In this document: positions 21,944-32,812 of the stretch, one piece after another
How the letters are laid out: each line of letters begins with the position of its first letter
Position numbering within the stretch: the first letter of the stretch is position 1
From: Toensbergia leucococca
Taxonomy: Eukaryota
Assembly: GCA_022813965.1 (NCBI GenBank)
Contig: JALDZS010000003.1
Coordinates: 62,001-126,000, forward strand
Length of the DNA: 64,000 nucleotides
Direction: 5' to 3'
Translations under genes and position numbers: made by a program
The notes under the pieces: generated by a model
What the model saw: the letters and a program-made list of their open reading frames with translations, nothing else
The model's database searches: none
Told to the model about the DNA's origin: nothing

Positions 21944-24717
21944 AATGGCCACAGGAAAGAGTTCAATTGGAAAGATATTAGATTTTGTCCTTTGGACACG
22001 GAAGAGAGGTTTGGATTACATGTCGTGATGCCTCTTTCATGGGGCAGAGTATCATCCTTCACTTACCCCGCGGGGGGTAGTTTAGCCGAGGCTCCAGGCG
22101 TAGGATCCGCGTACGAGGCTTCTTTGGCGAGTTTGGCTATGGTTCCTGAGAATTTCTGAGAGGAGTTGGGGCTGATTAGGATTTAGGATAGGGCACTAGA
22201 AATCGGATGGGTCGCTTGTAGAGGGGGCCTGTATCGGAAAGGATGGTCTGATCGTGAGACTTTATCGTGATTGATTTCGCGAGGCTGATTGAATGAACAT
22301 TGTGGGCTCTACTTTGTTTTGTGGGGATCTCATATGATGTTGTCGGTTCCATTTTCTCATATCGAGGAATGTGGTTCTGTAGAGGAAGGCACAGAAGAGA
22401 GGCATGAGAGCTGATAAGGCTAGCAGAAGAGCCTATTTGTAAAGATGCCAATGTTGAGAGTGCAGCTCCAAATGAGCCAAGTGCCTCACACTCAAACAAA
22501 TTGATTTAGAAAAAACTTAAGACGCCAGTTGGGAAGTAGAGTATATGAGCGAAGATGGAGTGGTGTTGTTCAGTGCTGAGCAAAGTTTTCATAAGGCCAA
22601 AGACGCGTTAAAAAGGTTGAAGAAGAATAGAGGGCGATATGGAACGAGCTGAGATCGGGTTGGAGACGATTGATCATGGACCGTACAAGGAAATACGTGA
22701 GATTCATAAGGATACATCCAAATAGATAGTGCTGGGAGCCTGGTCTGCTCAGTGATGAGGTAAGAGATGTTGCCTTCCTTTCGATTTCTGCGCTATGGGA
22801 GAAGACAACACGGTCTTGCTAAGGCATCTTGCAATAAAGCCGGTCATCCACACAAGTCCGTCACTGCCGTTCTAAAATGACGTTCTCGTGGAGGATTCAA
22901 CTAGGTACAAAATTTAGATGTAAACAAAGTGCTCACGAAATCCTGCCGAGATGTATAACTTCAGAGTAAAGTTAGTCAATCCCTCGAATAGTAAGTAGAC
23001 CAAGGAACGAGGTATCTTATCCAGTTTGTGTAAGCACGTACGTTCTTGACTAAGATGACCTTGTTGATTGAGCGCGTCAAAGCCGGCCAGAGGAGTAATT
23101 AAGAGTACTCTGGTTCTATCTTCTACCTAACTTGTTCGGTCGTAATTATTTGAAGGCTCTTGTCCTGGAGGTATGTTACGAGTAATGGCATGGCTTAGTA
23201 GGAAGGATCTAACTGACGATCTACAGAAACATTTATGTAGGCGGCAAGGATCAATGATCCTCCGGGCGATCTATTGCCATAAATACAACAAAGGCACGGG
23301 AAAGGCCCAATTGATCCTCCTCTTGTAAGCTCGGCCTAATCCATTTCGCTCTGTGTTTTGTAATCATCAACAACAACGGATTGCACCATCATGCTCGGCT
23401 GTAAGAATGTTTATCGTAAATCACCAGTCAATTCGGAGTTACCGGATTTCAAATCACCCTCTCCAGAACACAGGTTTCAAAAGGGCGTGTCTCAAAAGCC
23501 ATGACTAAAATTGGCATGAACGGGACGGGATCTACCTAGGACAGCGGGGATGGATAAATAACGGCACAGAAATCCCTCAAAAAGGCAGTCACCATAACGG
23601 AACTCTCAAGTAATGCGAAAATCAGATCTGTGACAGACTTTTGGACCACACCAGCCATAACACCCACGCAGCGGACGTCAAATTGCAACTGCCAGACGTC
23701 ACAATCTAGCGCCTCACAGCATCCGGATGTGGAAGCACTAGATTGATGAGCAACATATTGCAAAAACGGCTTAAAAAATGCGTAGGAACCTGGAGGATCT
23801 GTGTTTCACTTTGGGAATGGCCATCTAGACAGTGAACTTCCTCACCTAATGAGAATACATGCATACTGTGTACACGGCAATGTTCCATCTTCCCCATCGG
23901 ATGGAGCGATTGGAGCGGTAAAGAGTCACAGACCTCGCTCCGAGCTGGTGGTGGAGGATGTAGCACTACTGGTTAGGGCAGGGATGACACGTGTAGGCGG
24001 TGGGTGACACGATGAATAGTAGAATTGAGAAGAGGATGGACAGATGGCATAATCTGGCATGTTCAATGCACAGTCGTGAGGTGGTCAGCCTATTCTAGGT
24101 GGTTCGGAAGAATTCTTATCTGCATGCAGCGCACTAGTGATATTCGGGTGAGAGCATGCTTCTACTGGACTGATTAGACCTCTTGTCAGCTTCATGACGA
24201 CCTCCAGCATGACTCACAAGCTCGTAGAAGAGCTCTATGTTGAGAAGTATCTGATTGACAGGTAAAGCATCTACCATTCAAAATGCCAATGCCATTTCAC
24301 CATCATGAAGCTTATCTTAACCTAGGCACATTCTTAATTAACGTTGCGATAGATAATCTCAATGCTGGCATCGGGTCCACAGTTCAATGGCCTGCTTGGG
24401 TCTTGCTAGTCGTTTGGAGAGGCTTCCGAGAGGCTTCCTTGTATGTTCAGGATTCCTAAACAATCTCCAAGGTCATAGCCAAGGTGGGCAATAGATAACC
24501 CTTTCAAGTCAAGGGGTTGCATGCCTGCCGCACTCTCAGGATCAGCCTACGTGGCCTGCCGCAATCCTGCTGAAAAATACTTACAATCTTTCCGACCCTC
24601 GGACAGGAGACCGAAGTACAAAGAACAGATGCGGCAATGAGAGCGAACAAGATAAATGCTGTATGCCAGTATGCCTTTCTCTTTGCAAGGAGCACATGGA
24701 GCTTGCAGCGGTAGCTT

Positions 24718-26097
24718 ATGTCATTTACACCGCCCGCCCACGACATACCATCTGTGCCTTCGAGAACTCCTCACTTTAGCCAGCGTGCACCAAAGCTCCG
24801 CCTCACCTGTGATGCCTGTCGTACTTCCAAGATCAAATGTGACCAAAAGCATCCGCGCTGTGGGAGATGCATTGCCACTGGTACCACCTGTGTATATAGT
24901 CCTCTCAAAAGATATGGGAAACCTGAACAAAAGAGGCCACCAAGTCCAGACATCCACCAATATGAACCATCTTCGAAACGAAGCATCGCATTGACTCACC
25001 AGGATTACTGTCCTGAATTGCAGCAGGACCTCGATGAGCTGATGCAGGACTTTGGCGGCAGCCTAACCCCTAGCTTACCTTCAACCACGAAATCTTCTTT
25101 GACATGGAACTCAACTAGTAGCAGTGCAGGGCCGGGTACTCCAGCGACAAATTCCAAATCTTGCTTTGGCGAGCCCATAGTCTTGCCTGACCGTTCTTTC
25201 TTTGAACAGCTTAATTCCTTCAACGCAAACTCCAACCCCTCTAAGCATGCCTCCAACGGATTGCTTGAGTCTCATGAGAGCTTCTCTGTCTCCCCAGTTT
25301 CCCTCGACTTTCAGGACGCAATGAGATCAGAGGCAGTACGGTCGGCTGACACATCTTTACGATCAACAACGCTTCAGTCGGTAAATCAAGCACAGACAGC
25401 ATGGGATGCCCACCATCCACCAGCGTATCCCGACAACTCCGAAGTACACTGTTGCTTCACAACCGCATATTCGACTCTGGGAAGTCTCCATTTCCAATCA
25501 CAATACTACTCCTCCTTCTCTTCTTCTACCTGTTTCCCAAATTCTCCCGAATTGCCTTCAACATCGATCCCAACTCTTGACCATATCCTCGGTACTACCA
25601 AGATAGCGATCAGCAACGTCAGTACACTTCTGAAGTGTTCATGCGCTTCCGACCCACATCTAGCAATTCTCTATGCCTCTATCGTTTCAAAGATCCTCAA
25701 CTGGTATCAATTCGCTGGAGGCATCAGAATCAATTCATTTTTACCCAACACGGCGGCAGCAGCACTACCGGCCACAAGAACCACGGCAAATGAATCAAAA
25801 CACGGCTTTGAGTCCTCTATGGGACCTGGCGTTCCTACCATCCCGATCAAAATCGGCGCATTCAGTCCAGACAATGAAGACCAGGAGGCTTTGCGATGGC
25901 AGCTTCTACTCCGTGCGCTACGGAAAGTAGGCCTGCTCATTGACACCCTGGCGACGAGTCATATCGAGTCCAGGAATGACATGGGCGAGAGCGAAGGCGG
26001 GCTTTATGGGATTCTGGGTGCCTGGTTGAAGTCGGAACTGTTGAGGACGATTAGGGAGATGAGTGAGAGGGCGGGGACGATGCTTGGTATTGACTAG
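24718..26097 (+). CDS. Zn(II)2Cys6 transcription factor, AflR-like
   Basis: CDACRTSKIKCDQKHPRCGRCIATGTTCVY at the N-terminus; C-terminal LKCSCASDPHLAILYASIVSKILNWY resembles the AflR regulatory domain. Confidence 0.88.
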   Translation: MSFTPPAHDIPSVPSRTPHFSQRAPKLRLTCDACRTSKIKCDQKHPRCGRCIATGTTCVYSPLKRYGKPEQKRPPSPDIHQYEPSSKRSIALTHQDYCPELQQDLDELMQDFGGSLTPSLPSTTKSSLTWNSTSSSAGPGTPATNSKSCFGEPIVLPDRSFFEQLNSFNANSNPSKHASNGLLESHESFSVSPVSLDFQDAMRSEAVRSADTSLRSTTLQSVNQAQTAWDAHHPPAYPDNSEVHCCFTTAYSTLGSLHFQSQYYSSFSSSTCFPNSPELPSTSIPTLDHILGTTKIAISNVSTLLKCSCASDPHLAILYASIVSKILNWYQFAGGIRINSFLPNTAAAALPATRTTANESKHGFESSMGPGVPTIPIKIGAFSPDNEDQEALRWQLLLRALRKVGLLIDTLATSHIESRNDMGESEGGLYGILGAWLKSELLRTIREMSERAGTMLGID

Positions 26098-27174
26098 TGG
26101 ATTGAAGGTTTACCCGTTGTTTTTCGTTCTCAAGGTAGGTTGGAAGCCTGATTGTCTATTCCCGGTAGATTGGGGTTATGATTACGGCTGAAGGATAGAA
26201 AGCATTCTGGGTACCTTAGACGGTTACGCTCACGCGCCACGGATGGCTATGTAGAGTAGGTAGAATTTTGTTCATCTGTACGCCACACCTCGGTGTCGAA
26301 GGACTACGCACTGCACCAATCTTCTTCATCTGATGATAGCTAGCGTACCGTAAACACCGAAGACTCTAGTCTGACATTCCCATCTTGACACCTCCATCTC
26401 ATCTCATCTCATTTTGACATACATCCACCTATCCACCTATCTATCCATCTATCTATATATACCTCCACACCCAGACATCCCACAGGAAAAAAATCCACCC
26501 AGTCCGCCCTCTTCCTCTCCCCCCTTGACTGTGGAAAAAAGACCCCTTCGTCGCTCGCCCCGTGGCCCGGGCTTAATCAATCAATTAATCTTCTTACAAT
26601 CTCGATATAATAACAGGAATGTCAAAAGTCACGTGAGCTCGAGGATGGGGCATCGAGAAAAGGGGCTGCTGTTGTGATATGTGTCCCTGAGATCTATGTG
26701 AGGAGATTAGGCAGGAAGGAAAAAGTGTGGTTTCGTGAGTAATTGGGTAGGAAGGATATTGGTTGTTGCGGTTTTTGGATGTTGATTGATTTTTTTTTGG
26801 CTGTGTTTGTGTGTTGGAAGGTTCAGGGGGGGGATGGTGGGATATGATACGGGTCCGATATTGCGGTTTCGGGGTGTGTTGGTTCGGGGTTTTGTATGAG
26901 GAGCAAGAGGGGTTTGGGGGGGGAGGTTTAAGGTGATGGGAGTGGGTTGATGTGGTGTGAGTAGTGGTGATGATAGTGCCGCTGTTCAGTCAAAGGTAAA
27001 AAAAAAAAAAATGTCAATATTAGAACAGGGAGCGAACTCCCAATCGAAAAAGCCAGAGTGAAGAGAATTCTCAGGCTGGGATTGAAAGGATCCCTTCCTA
27101 TTAATTAACAAGGATTTCTCTCTCCTTTCATTCTGCAGCAACTGAAATAGATAAAGAACCCCCCTGAAAGAAAG

Positions 27175-27355
27175 AAAAAAACCACATCCATCGAGGTTGC
27201 ATTCGCAATTTATCCCTCGCAATTATGAGTAACCCGCCTAAAGATCCCATTTCGACGCCCCGGAAAAAAAACCACATCCATCGAGGTTGCATTCGCAATT
27301 TATCCCTCGCAATCGATTAACCCGCTAGACATCCCAGTATGACACCCGAAAAATA
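27175..27355 (+). repeat. 90-bp tandem duplication
   Basis: ACCACATCCATCGAGGTTGCATTCGCAATTTATCCCTCGCAAT is identical at 27181 and 27271; the second halves have diverged. Confidence 0.92.
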
Positions 27356-27536
27356 ACAGGCTTTGGATCCAATTAACAGACGAGATAACTCCTTCCACTA
27401 TCATATCGCCTTGTCCTTTTTGACCAAGGTAAGTTCCAACGAAGTAAATCTGCCGCCAAATTGAATTGCCTCGTACGTCTCATATCTCAATCAACCATCG
27501 ATCATCGATCATCGCTCATCGCTATGTGAATCGCAC

Positions 27537-28459
27537 TTATGCTTGACCTCTGGCCCTGGCCTTTCTGACACTAGCCTTGAGCACATAAACACAGGTTTTC
27601 CCTTGACGGACGCAACGATCACAAGCTGGTCTATCCGACGAGCATGTCCTATGTAGAGCGGTACCTGAAAGCGTTGGACGTCAGCTATGATTCCCTTTGA
27701 TGATGGCTCGTTGAGAAGGGGGTTCAGGCTCACAATTTTGGCACCAGCCTTTGTAGTTGCCGACGAAGGTTCGCCTAGTATGTGATCTAACTGATTGATA
27801 GATTGTTAGTGACGGGGTGGATTTGCTGGGCTGGGCATATTTACTTATACGTGATCCGTAGATACGTCCTGGTACTTGACGGACGGAAGCCGCGTGTGTG
27901 GTGTCGGGGATTGTCGGTGCTACATTTGTAACAGAGGGGCCAATAGGGGTGTTAATTGGCGCTGCATCGATGTCATTGGAGGTGTCTAGGTCCATTGCAT
28001 CTGCGGCAGAGGTTTTAGCATCAGTGCAATTGCAATAGAGCGTGTAAGGACAGAAGAAGCTCTTACCAGTAGAAATTATAGTCTCGCTCTCATCTTCGGA
28101 ACTATCGGTTCCATCTTCATTCTGATTCTCTAATTCTTTCAATTGCTCTTCCCTATTGATTCTCTCATCTTCGCCCCCTGCATCGTAGCCATCATCGAAG
28201 CCATTGGCATAGTCGTCTTTCATTGATTCGATTCCCGCTTGCCATCCTGCTCGAAATGCTGCTGCCCGGTCAGGGAGAGGAGCCACAATGTCTTGGACCC
28301 AATTGGCAGGCGGAAATGGGGACTGAGAGCCGTCGGTCTAATTGAGACCAGAAACTTGATTAGCACACTAGCTTCAGTGCATTGGAGAGTTGGATAATAT
28401 AAGGGAGATTGCGTAAGACTTACAGAAGCCTCCTGAGATGGTTGGCTGTCTTGAGACAT
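27537..28459 (-). CDS. Small (~213 aa) acidic protein with a C-terminal Zn(II)2Cys6 cluster; 5 exons
   Basis: Exons 28459-28424, 28337-28067, 28000-27851, 27790-27734, 27664-27537 with GT...AG introns total 642 nt in frame. Spliced C-terminus reads CQNCTALHRTCSSDRPACDRCVRQGKTCVY. Confidence 0.8.
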
Positions 28460-28619
28460 TCTGATGTGTGATGGGTCTGCGGTAAATTACAATGAATTGT
28501 GATGTGCTAAAATCGGTCGATCACAGCACGATCACACTTACACTTGATGATGCTGCTCTTTCTCATTGAGTTAGTCTTGCATTGTCTGAGAAGCAGTAGT
28601 ACATTAATGCACTTACTAG

Positions 28620-30320
28620 GTGGTATGATGTCTCTGTAAAAACTTCTTCTCGTGGTTGACTAGGACGTCTGTCAGAAAGAATCGTTGTTTTCAGAAGAAA
28701 GGGGATAGAGGTTGAATCTGAGTATGACAATTCACGGTTTTGATGTGATGAATTAGCCGAGTTTGAGAGAACAGTCCTAACATTATCAAAACACCAATGC
28801 GATAAGACATACATCAGGCAATTAGATCAGTTCTTTTGCTTGGACTATCTCAGCCTCGAACCGCACCCCAAATACACATAGCTCAATACCAAAGCTCTTC
28901 TCACACTCTGCTTGGCGACCAACATTGTGCAGCTCACTCAATCTGGTACTGAGCTGTGTATACCCCATGTCCTGGCAAGATAAGTGTACATCAGTCTTTG
29001 CGGGCTTACCTAACCCCTGAAATTTGCACACTGCCAGGACATGGGATACTGACGCATGAAGTCTCTTCATTTGTGGACGAAGTGCCTGAAGATATCCAAG
29101 CACTCATGAAGCTGGGCAGAACACGCTATTCTGATGAGGCCACTGTTGCTCTAGGACTTGCTAGTGCTGAGGTTGTGGCTTTTAATCAAGCCATTAAAGA
29201 CGAGGTAGATCGGCAGACGATCTGTTTTTCAATGTCAACGGAGGGTGTAGCCCCTTTGCTGCAGAATGCAACAGTATCTTGTTCATTCGAATCCCTGTCC
29301 TTTCTTGGGCTTTCAGATACTAATTGTTCTGATGAGGACGCAAGAATTACATAAGAGATAGGATCTGCCGCTGCAATGGTATCAGCCAAGGGTGGGACCC
29401 TTGAAATGGCGTACATTCTGAGCGCCTTCGCAGATCATTTTCTAGGGACTTCTCTCTCAGGCGACCTCCTAATAACACGCTGTCAGCTGCGTCGGGCTGA
29501 TAAGACTCAGGGTTAAAGCGTCAATATAAGCAGCCCTGGACACGCGTTGACTTTCCTCTGGCGTTTAGTGCTGAGAAAATGCAATAGTACATGCACGACA
29601 AGATTCAATACCATAAGGCTTGCAGTGGGAAATCTCAAAGGCAGCGAACGAAGAGAATGTGGCGATATATGCTGATCAAGACTAGGAAAGGAACAATACT
29701 TATAGTTGAAGAGCGCCAACTACTTCAGCTCATGAGACATATGCAGCTTATATTGGCCGAGCAATACCATTCCCACATGGGACTTGGAGATTTTCTCCAA
29801 CATTGGCCAGCTTCGGGGACGTTGATCCGGAGGAACATCTCCCCTTCTTATTTGTAGAGGAGAAGATGAGGTGCGGAGACGCTCCTACATCAAGCACAAA
29901 GGAGACGAACATTGGACAACATTCCCAGTTACCGTCACAGCCGCAGCTCACTATTCTGGTGGTCTCTGGGAGTACCGCCAATAGACAATGAACTGATCTG
30001 CGCGAGGTGAAGAATGTTGATGTCTCGCTTTCGCTTGTCGATGAGAGAATCTGCGAGGAAAAACAACTGCTTGGATCTACTGTTTGCTTGTTCACGCGCG
30101 TGACTTTTCCTTGCTCGGAACTCTTTGAGAGAAATAGGTAGAGCATTTTGAGAAAACCAGCGATGATTTTCAATCTCTTGTGCTGCAAGGAAAAGGAAAA
30201 ACGATTGCTCTTGTCATCGAGGCTTCTCGCTTCTCTTCTTTTCCATTCTTTCAATCAGCCCTCGAAGGTTTATATGGTAATGAGTTTCTGGCAGCTGCTT
30301 GAATCATTGGAATAGATTAC
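28620..30320 (+). pseudogene. Possible decayed multi-exon gene of unknown function
   Basis: Long protein-like frames (28621-28980, 29037-29515, ~29715-30315) broken by sparse TGA/TAG/TAA stops, with intron-like GT..CTAAC/CTAAT..AG segments; no recognisable domain. Confidence 0.3.
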
Positions 30321-30978
30321 TGTAGAACGTCAAGTTACAAAGCTCGCAGGTGTTCCCTGTTGTCAACCTATACTTGCTATCAGTCACTTTTGGGTTGGTA
30401 TTGTAATGCACTAATAAGAAAACTTGACGGTAGATGGAGACTTAGGAGACCGCCGGGCCTGCATGCAAGTTCTCGGTCTCTGCTAAATTCGGTCCTCGTT
30501 GGGAGTGTCGGCGTCCTTCAGAGCTTCACAGCGTGAAGCATCGATCAGGTGCGTTGAGAGTAAAGTGAGGCCTTCTTCAGCTATTGTGCATTCAATAAGC
30601 TGGCCAACGACTTCACGTTTGTTCTTCAACTCGCGCACTTCGAGCAACGTGTCTCAAGGGTATCATTGCAGGTTTATTCCGATTGTCGATGAGACTCGTT
30701 ACAAAAGTCCGAGTAAGAAATCAAATATGACAATACTGGTGTTCTTCTAATGCGGAAGAGGAATGATACCTATTTATGGAGGCGATTCAATGCGGCTTGC
30801 GGATATTCGTCCGGCTGCGGAGAAGTTCGTCAGACTTAATCCCTGTCGCTAATTTTTTGAGATCGTGGCCTCTCTTTCCTCTAATCTCTTTTCTCTTTTC
30901 TAACCTCATTTAATTCATACGCCTTCGAAACGCCCCCCCTCAGCCTATTCATCTCTTGAACTACTTCACTCGCCCACC

Positions 30979-32313
30979 ATGGTCACCGGACCTCCAGCTC
31001 CAGGCACACAGCCTAACCCCGAACAAATGGCAGCAATGCAAAAACAAATGGCCCTCGAAGCATCAAAACGTGGCATGACCCCCCAGCAATTCCAGCAATG
31101 GCAGCGCCAACAAATCGAAGCCGACGCAAAGAAAGCCGGCTTGACATTCGACCAATACGTAAATCAACTCAAGCAGCAAGCCTTTCAGAACCACCAACGC
31201 CAGCAGCAGCAGCAGCAGCAAGCTCAGCAACAACAAGCTCAGCAGCCACCGCAACAGCAGCAAGGCCAACAAGTCCCCATCAATCCCGGCGCCCCAGATC
31301 CAAAGGCCGTTGCCATCGCCAAATGGCTTCGAAGCCAAGACCTCAAGCCTCGTACCTGCATTCTCAACGGCCAACGCAAAGACATGTTCCGAGGTAAAAC
31401 CCCTCCCCCCCAAAACAATTCCTCCTCATCACCCCCTCCTTCTAAACCCCCCACCCCACACAGTCAAACGCGCCATCCGCGCCCTCCAATCCCCCGCCTA
31501 CGCCCTCGCCTCCTCAAAGCCCCGCTCCCTCCTCCCCCAAATAACGACCCCCGCCAACGCCGCGGAAACCTTCAAACTCCTCCCCCTCTCCCTCCTCGCC
31601 CTCCGCGTCTCAAAAGTCGACCCTTCACAAGCTCACTCCCACGGCGGCGCCCCCCAACCACCACCAAAACCCACCAAACGCACCAAAGGCCTCTGGACCG
31701 TCCGCATCGAGCAACAGCAAGACGTCACTCCGGATCTGCATTATGTTTGGCTGTACGAAGGGCCGCAGTGGCGCACGAAGCTATACGCGGTCGGGGCGCT
31801 GATTGCAATCATGGCGTTGGTCATGTTCCCGCTATGGCCGATCAAGGTGCGCATTGGGGTATGGTATCTCAGCATGGGCGCGTTGGGCTTGCTGGGCCTA
31901 TTTTTCGCCATGGCCATTTTCAGACTTATTCTTTTCTGTGCGACGGTCTTTACGGTACCGCCCGGGCTGTGGCTGTATCCGAACCTTTTTGAAGATGTGG
32001 GCTTTTTTGATAGCTTTAGGCCTGTGTGGGGATGGCAGGAGGTTTGTCATCTCTTCTCTATCTTTTATTCACCTCTGTTTCTCTAGCCCCTGCCACTGCC
32101 CCTCATATTTCGACACACTTTACGTCAAAGAACCATCACTAATTCCCCGTCCCTTCTCAGGAAAAAAAGAAGAAGAAATCTTCCAAACCCACCACCCCCT
32201 CAACTTCATCCACCACCACCCCCTCCGCTCCCACAACCTCAAAACCTACAACCGATTCCGGCGTCCGGAGACGGGATCTCACGCCCCGGGTCGAGGAGGT
32301 GGAAGATGATTGA
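30979..32313 (+). CDS. SEC62: Translocation protein Sec62 (introns 31394-31463, 32042-32160)
   Basis: GQRKDMFRVKRAIRAL, YVWLYEG, MFPLWP, two TMs, GLWLYPNLFEDVGFFDSFRP; N-terminal polyQ (CAG repeat ~31201-31260). Confidence 0.95.
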
Positions 32314-32812
32314 CCGAGCGAGCGCTGTGCTCTTTTCTGTGGAGTGTTTCGGTGCAGGTCAGGGTTGGAGGCCAATTGGTTTAAGTGAAGGAGGAGTTGT
32401 AGGAAGGGGGCAATACTGGGCGCCTGGATTTGCATAGTAGGTGAGGTGCTTTCTAGAAAGGAATCTAGCCTATCTAGCACAAAGTGACTCATGAGCGTGT
32501 ACCTCAACCGGAAGTTCATTTACAGCTTGACTCGATTGCATGGTGTGGGACGCTTTTGCACTTTTGAAAAGATCCACCCGTTTTTTCTATTGCCAATCAC
32601 TGTTCAATATTCATTGTTCAATAATCATTGTTCAATGGATGGATAGTTGGTGTGCCAGGATGCGGAAGAGATGGTCCATGCCCTCCAAGCCCATGTCTCC
32701 AACAACCAGCACCACGACAAGTATAACGAAGAATGTTATCCCCAAGCCACCGTTTCCACCATAATAAAAAGCAGAAAGCCAGAACCCCTCACCGTCCCAC
32801 ACCATGGCATAA

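Noticed and set aside
23706..23966. Possible AflS/O-methyltransferase remnant (LLINLVLP) divergent from the AflR-like gene
   Set aside because: A single short motif with no supporting flanking similarity.
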